DNA of 52,417 nucleotides from positions 1 through 52,417 of IMG/VR virus record IMGVR_UViG_3300045116_000082. One strand, given 5' to 3'. The translations under genes and the position numbers were made by a program. The stretch is from a virus (Duplodnaviria; Caudoviricetes). Shown in pieces: positions 43,994 through 52,417 of the stretch. Under the pieces are notes generated by a model, which did not search any database, was not told the DNA's origin, and saw nothing but the letters and a program-made list of their open reading frames with translations. Within the stretch, counting starts at the first letter, position 1, and each line of letters starts with the position of its first letter.

Positions 43994-45274
43994 CTACACG
44001 CTGCCCGGCGCCCAATCCACGCCCGTCAGCACAGCCACGGCGCCCTCGTAGCGCATCGCGAAGTCGTGTTCCGCAATCGCCCGCACCACGGTCTGGTCCA
44101 GCGAGAAGGCCGCCTGAATCGCTGACCCGTCGTTGTAGGCCGCTTCCTGCGAGGCGTCGACCATGATGTTCTGAGCCTCGCCGATGATGGCCTGCGCCGC
44201 GTCGAAGAAGTAGACCTCCGACTCGTCGTTGGTCGCGGCCCCGGTCGCGTCCAAGTTCGTCGGCACGCCCGTCGTGATCTCATACGGGTAGCCCCAGAGC
44301 GTCCCCCCGGCCATCTCGTCCTTGAAGACGAAGGCACCGGTGGAGGTCTGGAGCGTGACGAGGAAGTTCTTGATCCTCGGCGCGAAGATCCAGCACGGCT
44401 TCAGCATCGGGATATCGGCGCCCATCAGCTGCTGCATCAGCTTGCCGAGGTCCGCCGCCGTAGCCTGCAGGCTGACCGTGGCGTTGGCCAGGATCTTGTT
44501 CGCACCCGGCGCCCAGTAGTACAGCCCCCTCGGGCTGCCGTCCACGCCGTTGCCCCGGATGAAGGCCGAGTCCTCCTTGACGCTCATCGCCGTCACGAGG
44601 TCGTTCCGCACGATGGTGTCGGCGCCCGGCGACGCGTACCGCAGCAGGTCGTTGCTGACCGGCGTGAGGCACGCCAGCTTCTTGAACGTCAGCGCCAGTC
44701 GCCCGGTCGACAGCTGCGACTTCGGCGCGTTCACGTTCTCGCCGATGTAGTTCGCCGTCGCTCCGGCCGTCCCCTTGCCGAGATTGACGGTGCCGGTCGG
44801 CATCGGGATCGTCGGCACGCCCAGCTTCCGCATCACGGCCGCTGCGCGCAGGAACTGAATGAAGTCCGTCGAGAACTGCTCCGGCACCAGGAACCCGCCC
44901 GCCGTGGCGTCTCCGGCGGCCAGCGCCTTCTGGCGCGCGTCGGCCCACTGGTCGGCGAGGTCGTGGTCGCCCCACGCCCGCAGGATCGCCACGGCGCCGT
45001 CCGGCCCGCTGCCCTGGAACTTGGCCGCCGCCGTCGCGCGCACGCACCGCGCCAGCGCGATGCCCTGCTCACGCTTGACCGGCTCGGGCGGCGTGCGCCC
45101 GGCCCCGGCCAGCTTCTCGCCCCAGGACGTGACGCGCTCGCGCAGCGGCGCCACGGCCTCCTCGATGTTCTGGCGCACGATGGTCGCCAGCTCCGTGCCG
45201 ATGAAGCCCTTGATCTGTCCGGACACGAACTCGGCCAGTTCGGCCCGCGTCATGCCCTTGCCCTGTGTGTCCAT
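43994..45274 (-). CDS. Major capsid protein, HK97 fold
   Basis: GGFLVPE, A.YIGE, KKLA....VSNDLL, ED.AF..G.G, GTL.GYP, F..DQT..R...HD motifs. Confidence 0.93.
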   Translation of the reverse strand: MDTQGKGMTRAELAEFVSGQIKGFIGTELATIVRQNIEEAVAPLRERVTSWGEKLAGAGRTPPEPVKREQGIALARCVRATAAAKFQGSGPDGAVAILRAWGDHDLADQWADARQKALAAGDATAGGFLVPEQFSTDFIQFLRAAAVMRKLGVPTIPMPTGTVNLGKGTAGATANYIGENVNAPKSQLSTGRLALTFKKLACLTPVSNDLLRYASPGADTIVRNDLVTAMSVKEDSAFIRGNGVDGSPRGLYYWAPGANKILANATVSLQATAADLGKLMQQLMGADIPMLKPCWIFAPRIKNFLVTLQTSTGAFVFKDEMAGGTLWGYPYEITTGVPTNLDATGAATNDESEVYFFDAAQAIIGEAQNIMVDASQEAAYNDGSAIQAAFSLDQTVVRAIAEHDFAMRYEGAVAVLTGVDWAPGSV

Positions 45275-45290
45275 CGTCTCTACTCCTTCG

Positions 45291-46778
45291 TCAGTCGATC
45301 CGCCCACGCAGGGCGTTGATCGCGGCCTGCGTCTGTGCGCGTACCAGATCGGTCAAGGCTTCCTTCACGGCCGCCACGACCAGCTCGGCGTCCACCGGGC
45401 ACCGGTCCGCATCCTTCGCCACGTCACCGTCCTCGCCGTCCTCCGCCAGCAACACCGCCAGCGTGTCGTCGTCGCCGTCCAGCCACAGCACCGTCTCGTC
45501 GGCTACCGGGCCGTCCGCCGTCGCCGTCGTCTCTGCCCGAGATCCGGACTCGGGCGCGGGCTGCGGCTCCGGCGAAGGCGCGGCCTTCTGCAACCCCGCC
45601 AGCGTCGCCGCCGCCTCACGCAATGCCGCGATAGCTTCCCGGAGCAGCGCCGCATCGTCCGGCGGTTCGTCCGGCTCCGGTTCGGGGTCCGGCTCGGGCG
45701 CGGGCTGCTCGCGCAGTACGGCGGCCTCCGCCTCCAGCCCGTAGTCCTCCAGCAGTCCGGCTAGCTCGCCGTCCGTCAGCTCACGCTGGAGACGCCGCTC
45801 TAGTCGGTCGCCCGCCTTCACGTAGGCGGCCCACCCCACGGTGTCGCGGTCCCACGGCGCCGCCTTCAACGAGTCGGGCATGTCTTCAGCGTCGCGGAAC
45901 TTCTGGTAGTGCCGCGCCAGATGCGCCTTGACTGCGTCGCGGTCCTCGTCCGGAATCTGCGTGCGGCCGAGGCGCGCCGCCGCCGACACCAGCCCACGCC
46001 AGATCACCTTGCCGGACGCCGGGCTGTGGTGTGGCAACTTCAACGACCCGAAGGCCGCTGGCGGCATCTCGGCGCTCCACCCGTAGTGCCCGGCGATGCG
46101 CCGCCGCTCGCCCTTCGAGCACTCCTCCCACGACGCTTCGGTGAAGTCCTTAAGCACGGGCGCGGCCCACGGCACTTCCTCGTCGTCGTCGATACTGCGC
46201 GAGACGTCCTTGGGCGACACGCCCTTGGCGACGGCTTCCTCGTCGGCTTCGATGGCGTCCAGCGCCCGCTGCGCCCACGCCTTCAGCAGCGCGCGGTCCT
46301 CGTCGAAGGAAGCCGCCATGAGCGCCTCGGCGTTGGCCGGGACCGGGACCACGCTCACCTCCAGCAGCTCGCACCGGATGTAGTCGTAGCCCTTGCGGTC
46401 TTCGTTGAACGTCCACTCCAGCGGGCGGAACCCGACCGACGCGCCGCGCAGGAACCCGGCCTTGACCATGCGGTACACGTACTCCGCCATCGGGTTTAGG
46501 TCGGCCGTCGCGAACTCGATCACCATCTCGATGCCGTGCTCGCTGCGCGCAACCTCGACGGCCCGGCCTACGGGCAGGCTCCGGTAGTCGTGGGCGAACG
46601 GGATGACGGGGTTGCGGAGGAAGTTGGTGAGGTCGATGCCTGCGGGAACAATCACGTCACGCTCGCGGTCCGGCGTGTCGGTCGTCACCACGAACCGCAC
46701 CCGGCGCTCCGCGAGCACGGCCACGTCCACAAGCAGCTGCTTCCGGACCGGCTCGGCTACGGTGTCGTTGGTCGCCAT
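45291..46778 (-). CDS. HK97-family prohead protease with extra C-terminal domains
   Basis: DR..DVI...G, NPV..FAH, PVG, G.L...SVGF, ELLEVSVVPVPAN..AL. Confidence 0.9.
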   Translation of the reverse strand: MATNDTVAEPVRKQLLVDVAVLAERRVRFVVTTDTPDRERDVIVPAGIDLTNFLRNPVIPFAHDYRSLPVGRAVEVARSEHGIEMVIEFATADLNPMAEYVYRMVKAGFLRGASVGFRPLEWTFNEDRKGYDYIRCELLEVSVVPVPANAEALMAASFDEDRALLKAWAQRALDAIEADEEAVAKGVSPKDVSRSIDDDEEVPWAAPVLKDFTEASWEECSKGERRRIAGHYGWSAEMPPAAFGSLKLPHHSPASGKVIWRGLVSAAARLGRTQIPDEDRDAVKAHLARHYQKFRDAEDMPDSLKAAPWDRDTVGWAAYVKAGDRLERRLQRELTDGELAGLLEDYGLEAEAAVLREQPAPEPDPEPEPDEPPDDAALLREAIAALREAAATLAGLQKAAPSPEPQPAPESGSRAETTATADGPVADETVLWLDGDDDTLAVLLAEDGEDGDVAKDADRCPVDAELVVAAVKEALTDLVRAQTQAAINALRGRID

Positions 46779-46792
46779 AGGCTATCCCCCTA

Positions 46793-46854
46793 CAAAGCAA
46801 AAGCGCCGCAGCGACCAGAAGCTCCCGAGAGCCTCCGATGATCGCTGCGGCGCT
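46793..46854 (-). terminator. Intrinsic terminator-like hairpin upstream of the head genes
   Basis: AGCGCCGCAGCGA/TCGCTGCGGCGCT stem followed by TTTTGCTTTG. Confidence 0.6.
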
Positions 46855-46892
46855 AGTGGCCCGGCCGCAAGGCCATGAACTCGACGGAGCCT

Positions 46893-46921
46893 AGTATAGC
46901 TACACTCGGTCCACCCGTAAA
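46893..46921 (-). promoter_or_regulatory. Putative sigma70-type promoter
   Basis: TTTACG-N17-TATACT. Confidence 0.6.
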
Positions 46922-46932
46922 GCCTTAACCGG

Positions 46933-47139
46933 TTAGTGCCCCGTCAGACCGCGCCGACCGACGATGCGCTGGTCGGCATACTCAACTGCTCGCACCTGCA
47001 CGGCGCCGTCCTGGAGCCGCACCGTGATCGACACGCTGGCCAAGTCTTCGGCGCGGTCGAGATACTCGCGCCGGGCGCGCAGCTCCGTCAGCATCGCATG
47101 CGCAATCACTTCCGTGCGGCGCGCCGTCGGCTCACCCAC
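46933..47139 (-). CDS. Small hypothetical protein
   Basis: 68 aa, GGGAGG SD before GTG. Confidence 0.55.
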   Translation of the reverse strand: MGEPTARRTEVIAHAMLTELRARREYLDRAEDLASVSITVRLQDGAVQVRAVEYADQRIVGRRGLTGH

Positions 47140-47199
47140 GGAATCCTCCCGCCATGATGCCCCGGCGCCCGGTTCCCGCGCGGCGCGGCGCAGCGCACG

Positions 47200-47442
47200 T
47201 CATGGCCGGACTCCTTCACTGCCGTCCTCGGCCGTGTACCGCCCCGGCTGTAGCACGGCGGCGCGGGCCATGTCTTCGGCGGCGCGCACGACCATCGGAC
47301 ACGGGCGGCAGAGGAAGCAGCAGCAGCCCGGAGGCGCCGTACTCGGCAGCGGCGTTACCCAGATCCCGTCATCCTGGTACGTGGCCCCGCACCTGCATCG
47401 CCAGGCGCCGCCCGCTCTCACGAACACGTGCGATACCTCCAT
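47200..47442 (-). CDS. Small Cys-rich hypothetical protein
   Basis: CRC and CCCFLC; GGAGG SD. Confidence 0.45.
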   Translation of the reverse strand: MEVSHVFVRAGGAWRCRCGATYQDDGIWVTPLPSTAPPGCCCFLCRPCPMVVRAAEDMARAAVLQPGRYTAEDGSEGVRP

Positions 47443-47452
47443 CGACGCCTCC

Positions 47453-47749
47453 TCAGTTCGGCATGGCCGCGCCGCGCACTTCCAACGCAGCCTCCGCGCT
47501 CGTCAGCGTGGCCATCTCCTGCACCAACAGCGCCAACGCCCCGGTCCCACGCAAGAGGAACCACTCCAGCTTCTCCGGCGTAATCCGGGCACACGCCTCA
47601 GACTCCTGCTCGGTGGCCAGCCAGACGAGCAACGCCGCCGCTGCTACCACGCCGCACTGCTCGCCTCGCGCGGCGTCCCAGAGTATGCGCATCACGCGGT
47701 GGACGTCATCGCGGTCGACTGAACTCGGTCGCCCTAGTTGGGCTGGCAT
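47453..47749 (-). CDS. Hypothetical protein
   Basis: 98 aa with SD. Confidence 0.5.
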   Translation of the reverse strand: MPAQLGRPSSVDRDDVHRVMRILWDAARGEQCGVVAAAALLVWLATEQESEACARITPEKLEWFLLRGTGALALLVQEMATLTSAEAALEVRGAAMPN

Positions 47750-48042
47750 GTCCGCGTCCCTCCGCCGTAGGCGCGCCGCACGTCGTCATCCGACATGTCG
47801 CCAACGGCCTTCACCTGCTCCGCTGCCGCCGTCATCAGGCGGCGCAGCAGCACACAGGCCCGCTCGTCGCGCGTCGCCTCCGGATAGCCCTGGAACCCCG
47901 GCGACACGTCAACGTAGGCCATCATCAGTGCCGCTTCCGCATCGGCGTGTCGCATACCTTCGAGCCTCCCCAACAGCTCCTCGGCCTTCGCCGCCGCCAC
48001 CAGTCGCTCGACGCGCACCTGCGTTACCCGGACCTGTCCCAT
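47734..48042 (-). CDS. Hypothetical protein
   Basis: 102 aa, GAGGAGG SD. Confidence 0.5.
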   Translation of the reverse strand: MGQVRVTQVRVERLVAAAKAEELLGRLEGMRHADAEAALMMAYVDVSPGFQGYPEATRDERACVLLRRLMTAAAEQVKAVGDMSDDDVRRAYGGGTRTCQPN

Positions 48043-48150
48043 GCGCCCCTCCTCTCAAACAGACTCAGCAGCCGCACCCGGTGGTTCGTGCTCCGGACGA
48101 CGGCCGCCATCCCCCCAACACTTCCAAGGCAACCACCCGCTCAGCGACGC

Positions 48151-48873
48151 TCAGATGGCGACGGGCCGCTGCGTCCATGTCTCCAGATACCGCTCCACGA
48201 ACGTCCGCTCGTGCCAGTACTCGTGGCCGTACCGGAACGGGTGCCGCAGCAGGAACGGCTCATAGCACGGGTCCACGACCACGCGCATCCCGCGCCCCTC
48301 GGCTAGCCCCAGCCACCAGTTCAGGCAGCTACTCTCGACGGTCGCCTCGCGCTGCGTCCCCAGCAGCAGCGAGAGGCCGAACAGGTATAGCTCCTCGAAG
48401 TCCTCGTCGATGGCCTGACACACCTGCATCGCGAACGTGCACGTGAAGTAGTCGCGAAACCGCCGCGCCATCACCCGAATCGGCCACGTGACAGCGCGCG
48501 GGTTCTCCGGCACCGGCTCCGTCGTGTAGAGCGGCACCGGGCACTGCACGATCCACGCGAGGTCGTTGGCGTCCTGAATCGGCCGCCCGGCATACGTCCC
48601 TTCCGCGTCCGGCACGATCTGGTGCTGCTCCCACCACCGGCTCGCCGCGATGCGTCCGGCCGGATCGCGCGCCACGTTCCAGAAGTTGTTCAGCGCCCAG
48701 CACTCGAACGTCTCATCCGTCCACGGCATGCGCCCGACGCCATGCGAACCGCAGATGGCCACCTTCCGTCGCCGCGTCGCCCCGGCCCGATACTGCACCC
48801 GGCCGTCGACGACTTCCAGCGGCGCGACGTGCGGCGAGATGCCGCTGTACGGGCGGATGTCCGGGCTACCCAC
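48151..48873 (-). CDS. Paralog of the 41956..42921 glycosyltransferase-like protein
   Basis: KVAICG, PW.D..FECWALN, YFTCTFA...AI...FEELYLFG, WWLG.A.GRG. Confidence 0.6.
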   Translation of the reverse strand: MGSPDIRPYSGISPHVAPLEVVDGRVQYRAGATRRRKVAICGSHGVGRMPWTDETFECWALNNFWNVARDPAGRIAASRWWEQHQIVPDAEGTYAGRPIQDANDLAWIVQCPVPLYTTEPVPENPRAVTWPIRVMARRFRDYFTCTFAMQVCQAIDEDFEELYLFGLSLLLGTQREATVESSCLNWWLGLAEGRGMRVVVDPCYEPFLLRHPFRYGHEYWHERTFVERYLETWTQRPVAI

Positions 48874-49183
48874 GCTCGCCTCCCACCTGCAGCGTCCCGC
48901 TCGCCCACGTCTCGGTCGTCCCGGTGCTGTAGGTCCAGTTGCGCAACCGGGTCGGCGCCCACGTCCCGGTATTCTCCGTCACCAGCCACGGCGTCACCGG
49001 TAACACCTGCCGCTCGGGAATCGGCGGCAGCATCGGCGCCATCGGCATCGGGATTGTTACCGGCTGCGGCGGTCGCGCCTCAACCGGGCGCGCCTGCTTC
49101 GGCGCCTCGGGTGGCGGCAGCTTCGGCAGTCCGCCAATCGACACGCCGCGCGCCATGCAGACGATCTCGTGTGGGTTCATCAT
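48866..49183 (-). CDS. Pro-rich hypothetical protein
   Basis: GAGGAG SD before MMNPH. Confidence 0.45.
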   Translation of the reverse strand: MMNPHEIVCMARGVSIGGLPKLPPPEAPKQARPVEARPPQPVTIPMPMAPMLPPIPERQVLPVTPWLVTENTGTWAPTRLRNWTYSTGTTETWASGTLQVGGERG

Positions 49184-49193
49184 CGCTCGCTCC

Positions 49194-49457
49194 TCAGTAC
49201 GTATCCTCGGCATCGAGGCCGTCCATCCACTCACCGATCAGCCCGGTCGTCATCGCCTGCACACCAAGGTCGCGCCGCCGTTGACGCCACAGCCGCGCCC
49301 GCTGTCGCATCGCCTCTACCGGCACCCGTACCGGATGGACCTGCACGGTGACGCGGTTCACGAGATCGTCGACCAGCACCGGTTCCGGTTCGCGCTCCGG
49401 CTCCGGCGCGGCGATGGCTGGGAGGCCACCGAGTGAGATGCTGCGGACAATGGCCAT
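49194..49457 (-). CDS. Hypothetical protein
   Basis: Start MAIVRS; N-terminus resembles the adjacent ORF. Confidence 0.4.
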   Translation of the reverse strand: MAIVRSISLGGLPAIAAPEPEREPEPVLVDDLVNRVTVQVHPVRVPVEAMRQRARLWRQRRRDLGVQAMTTGLIGEWMDGLDAEDTY

Positions 49458-49490
49458 GTGCGCCCCAAGGTCGCGCCCCGTCGAACGTGG

Positions 49491-49562
49491 TGGTGGAGGG
49501 CGTCCGACTCGAACGGACTGTAGCACCGGGCCGGGGCGCGGATGGCCCGAGCTAGACCCCCC
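49491..49562 (-). ncRNA. tRNA-like RNA with alanine identity elements
   Basis: GGGGGGT/GCCCTCC acceptor with G3:U70, perfect GTCCG-TTCGAGT-CGGAC T-arm, 3' ACCA; no canonical D or anticodon arm. Confidence 0.65.
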
Positions 49563-49569
49563 GTCAACG

Positions 49570-49821
49570 CTACCGCACGCGCCGTCCGATCTCGCGCGCG
49601 GCGTCCCGACGCACGGCCCGGCGCACGGGCGCCTCGCGAACCGCCGTGGCCGTCATCTGCCGCGCCTCGTTGCGCCGCCGCTGCCGCGACGTCAACCGCT
49701 CTTCCAGATACGCGCGGCGCTGCGCGACCCGGCGCCGCCACCAGCGCACGGCCCAGTACCCGGCCGGGCCGCCGACGACCGCCCCCGCCACCACCGCCGC
49801 CGCGAACTCAGCGCCCGTCAT
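49570..49821 (-). CDS. Small single-TM basic protein
   Basis: Hydrophobic N-terminus followed by an Arg-rich tail. Confidence 0.45.
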   Translation of the reverse strand: MTGAEFAAAVVAGAVVGGPAGYWAVRWWRRRVAQRRAYLEERLTSRQRRRNEARQMTATAVREAPVRRAVRRDAAREIGRRVR

Positions 49822-50068
49822 GGCGCCCCGCAAGCGCGGCTGCTACTTGCCGCCGCCGACGTCGCTGGCGGTAGGCTCTGGCGTGCGCCCGCCCAACCTC
49901 GCCGTGCTGACCCTCGACGGGAAACGTCCCGGTGATGCCGCGCGCGCCGAGGTCGGCCCCGTGCGCGATCAGGTCACGGAGCGCCTCATACGTCGGTCGG
50001 CTGAACATCTCATAGCGCGTGCGGACGGTCGCTGGCAACGCCCCGGTCCCGCTGAGGAGCTTCCTCAC
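49808..50068 (-). CDS. Hypothetical protein
   Basis: 86-aa coupled ORF. Confidence 0.4.
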   Translation of the reverse strand: MRKLLSGTGALPATVRTRYEMFSRPTYEALRDLIAHGADLGARGITGTFPVEGQHGEVGRAHARAYRQRRRRRQVAAALAGRHDGR

Positions 50069-50397
50069 GTGTGCTTCCGGAGGCGGATCGCCCGGCGCGG
50101 GCGCGCAGGATCAAGCGCAGGCCCGGCGTCCGTCTCGGCGCGCAGGCGCTCTAGGTTCTCGCCGACGGCCAGCAATGCATCAGCGACGGCTTGCCCGGAT
50201 AGTGCCATGCGGACGAGCACCGCCCCGGCTGCCTCGGCCTCTTCATTCCTCACGGTGCCCGTGATCAGCTCGCCCTGCACCCACGTTCGCGGCACGCTAC
50301 TCGACATCGCGCCCTCGCACGAGGATCCGTTCCTCGACCGCTGCCAAGTCACGCGCCAGCGCGGCAAGACCTTCACGCGCTGCCACGGCCAGCGCAT
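50065..50397 (-). CDS. Hypothetical protein
   Basis: ORF overlapping the portal 3' end; start uncertain (50397 or 50307). Confidence 0.4.
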   Translation of the reverse strand: MRWPWQRVKVLPRWRVTWQRSRNGSSCEGAMSSSVPRTWVQGELITGTVRNEEAEAAGAVLVRMALSGQAVADALLAVGENLERLRAETDAGPALDPARPRRAIRLRKHT

Positions 50398-52417
50398 CGT
50401 TCGGGACGGCTCCGTTCACGTACACCGTCGCCGTCTCCGGCCCGGCCGCCGCCCGAGGCCGGGCGGCCTTCACGCGCAGGCCGACGGCGCATCGGCAGGC
50501 CGGGTGACGCGGCGGATTCGTCGTGCCGTCCTTGAACGCCCCGAACAGCGGCGCCGTCGTGTGGTCCAGCGCCTCACACTTCTCGCACAGGCGGCCGTCA
50601 GGCGCCACGATCCAGATACGCTCGACGGCGTTCGCCGACATCTGGCCCCGCTGGACGGCAATCTGCCAGAGTCGCTGCTGGCCCTGCGACGAGCTGAAGG
50701 CCAGCTCCGTCCGCGCGATGAGCAAGGCGCGCTGGCGCCGCAGCGCCTCCGTGTAGCGCCCCACGCGCGCGAAGAACGCCTCGTCACTCAGCCGCTCCCC
50801 CGCCGCCGAGTGCGCCAGCCGCATGGCGTAGTTCGCCACGGCCTCGGCTGCCTTGGCCGTCAGCCCGATGGTCTGCCGCAGCACCCGGCCCGTCTTGTAG
50901 GCGGACCAGCCCTCACGCAACGCCTCGACGATGACCCGGCGCACGACGCGCAGCACACCCTCCCGCGTCGACGCCGTCAGGTTCGTGATCAGCGTGCCCG
51001 CGTACTCCCGCGCCCACAGCACGGCCTGCGGGTTCACCACGTTCCATGGCACCTGCCCGGCCTCGCGCACGAGCCGCACCCCGGCATCCTCGGCGCCCTG
51101 TCGCACGCCGATGATGAACGCCTCGTGGAGATACCCGAATAGCGGCGGCCGGAGGCCCGTGGCCCACGCCTCCCACGGCACGGCCGCCAGCGCCGCCTCC
51201 TCGTCGCCCTGCTCTAGCGCCCGCACGAAGGCGTCCAGCGGCGTATCCTCACTCAGCGCCGCCAGCTGCGCCGTCAGCCACCGCCGCAACGCCGTCTCGC
51301 GCTTCGCGACGCGCCGCGACAGCTCCGGCAGATCATCCGGGTTGTCGTCCAGCTCCCGCTGCACGATGGCGAGGCCGTCAGCGTCCTTCGCCTCCGTCAT
51401 CGCGTCGAGGTCCGTGAGCAACTCGGCTTCAACCGTCGCGGCCCGCGTCACGGTCGGGTGCCCGGTCGCGAGGACCGGCGGCGCGGCCATCAGCGACGGC
51501 GACGTAACGAGGTTGGCGGGCATCACGAACACGGCCCCCGCGCCGTCCGGCAGCGGCTCCAGTCCCTGTAGCCTGCGCCACTCGTCCACGGTCATCGTGT
51601 AGGGCGCGGCCTTCGCCGAGTCGAGCTGGAACTGCCGGTCGGCCTGCACCGGTGACTGGTATCCAACCACCAGCCGCTCGTCGTATTCCGGCACGACGCG
51701 CTCCTGCAAGTAGGCGCAGAGGAAGTCGATGCGCGGCACGATGAGGTTGGTCTTGTAGAGGAAGTCCACCGAGTCGAGCGCCGCCCGGTTCAGCGCGCCG
51801 TCCCGCACGATGCCCAGCTCCTCGGGCATGATGCCGAACACCTGCACGATCATGTCGCGCTCGTACTTGCGCAGCTCCGTCAGCTGGAGATCCTGAAAGC
51901 TCTGCGACACCTCGTGGACGCCGATCTTGCGCGTGGCGAAGAACGGCAGCGCCGCCCGCCAGAACCCCTGATGCTCGTTCCGCCACCGCTCGGCCAGCGC
52001 CTGCGCCGCCGGTTCGCTGATCGTCCCGGCGTCGTTCTTCGTCGGCTCCGGCCACACGATCAGGTCCGGCCGCGCCCTGTTCAAGAACGTCATGCGCGTG
52101 TGTCTAGCGGCGTACTCGTCCGTTTCCAGCTCGTCGGTCAGCGTCCGCGCGATGCCGCTCCCTCGGCCGTAGGGGTTCGCCGGGTCCGGGTCGACCAGCC
52201 ACAACATCTCGGAGTCCGGAATCTCACCCTGCCATCCGCTCCACGACACGTGGTAGCTCCGCCGCTTCACGGTCGGCGTGTCCGTAACCCAGTGCGGCGG
52301 CACCGGCCAGAACCCGACGGGCAGCCCCAGCCCGTTCCGCTCCTTGACCCAGAACGCCTCGCCTACCAAGTCGAGGTGGATCTGCGTCGTTCGCACCAGC
52401 GCCGGTCCTACCAAGTA
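50297..52417 (-). CDS. Portal protein fused to a Mu gpF/SPP1 gp7-like head morphogenesis domain (5' truncated)
   Basis: L.GEAFW, P.....G, F.N.A.P, I...FG.P..LG, T.DE.R...GL.P portal motifs; RA.LIARTE, W....D.R.C..C and PP.HP.CRC gpF motifs. Confidence 0.9.
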   Translation of the reverse strand, partial: YLVGPALVRTTQIHLDLVGEAFWVKERNGLGLPVGFWPVPPHWVTDTPTVKRRSYHVSWSGWQGEIPDSEMLWLVDPDPANPYGRGSGIARTLTDELETDEYAARHTRMTFLNRARPDLIVWPEPTKNDAGTISEPAAQALAERWRNEHQGFWRAALPFFATRKIGVHEVSQSFQDLQLTELRKYERDMIVQVFGIMPEELGIVRDGALNRAALDSVDFLYKTNLIVPRIDFLCAYLQERVVPEYDERLVVGYQSPVQADRQFQLDSAKAAPYTMTVDEWRRLQGLEPLPDGAGAVFVMPANLVTSPSLMAAPPVLATGHPTVTRAATVEAELLTDLDAMTEAKDADGLAIVQRELDDNPDDLPELSRRVAKRETALRRWLTAQLAALSEDTPLDAFVRALEQGDEEAALAAVPWEAWATGLRPPLFGYLHEAFIIGVRQGAEDAGVRLVREAGQVPWNVVNPQAVLWAREYAGTLITNLTASTREGVLRVVRRVIVEALREGWSAYKTGRVLRQTIGLTAKAAEAVANYAMRLAHSAAGERLSDEAFFARVGRYTEALRRQRALLIARTELAFSSSQGQQRLWQIAVQRGQMSANAVERIWIVAPDGRLCEKCEALDHTTAPLFGAFKDGTTNPPRHPACRCAVGLRVKAARPRAAAGPETATVYVNGAVPNDALAVAAREGLAALARDLAAVEERILVRGRDVE

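Noticed and set aside
217-51602. Long plus-strand ORFs (e.g. 13475-14938, 16682-18118, 36982-38268, 49646-51142)
   Set aside because: These are Arg/Pro/Ala-rich antisense shadows of minus-strand genes in high-GC DNA, with no recognisable motifs.
174-52417. Amber (TAG) stop-codon reassignment
   Set aside because: TAG is frequent, but it terminates full-length conserved genes (capsid, protease, tape measure) at the expected positions.
50297-52417. Missing terminase, integrase or polymerase as an unusual feature
   Set aside because: The window cuts through the portal gene, so these genes probably lie outside it.

Overview
A high-GC segment of a tailed dsDNA phage or prophage of the HK97/siphovirus type. 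All credible genes lie on the minus strand. Read from right to left it contains a portal-gpF fusion (cut by the window edge), small accessory genes, prohead protease, major capsid, head-tail connectors, tail tube paralogs, a tail chaperone with a -1 frameshift, tape measure, tail and fibre genes with glycosyltransferase-like ORFs, and a lysis cassette (M15 peptidase, holin-like genes). A promoter with a boxA-like site (~19.3 kb) and a ~570-nt non-coding leader then precede an early operon of small unknown genes, which runs into a GHKL ATPase, a SNF2 helicase and a Ycf46-like AAA/DUF1257/DUF2997 cluster. The main discovery is in the early operon. Eleven consecutive intergenic gaps (13.5-18.7 kb) each hold an anticodon-less tRNA mimic (covarying acceptor stem, mini D-arm, T-arm) followed by a GACC-N6-GGTY hairpin and a Shine-Dalgarno (SD) sequence. 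Two gaps further downstream instead hold variant type II hammerhead ribozymes. Together they suggest an RNA 'punctuation' system that cuts the polycistronic early mRNA into gene-sized units. A separate alanine-identity (G3:U70, ACCA) tRNA-like RNA lies at ~49.5 kb. Protein family calls come from motif recognition by eye, not database searches.
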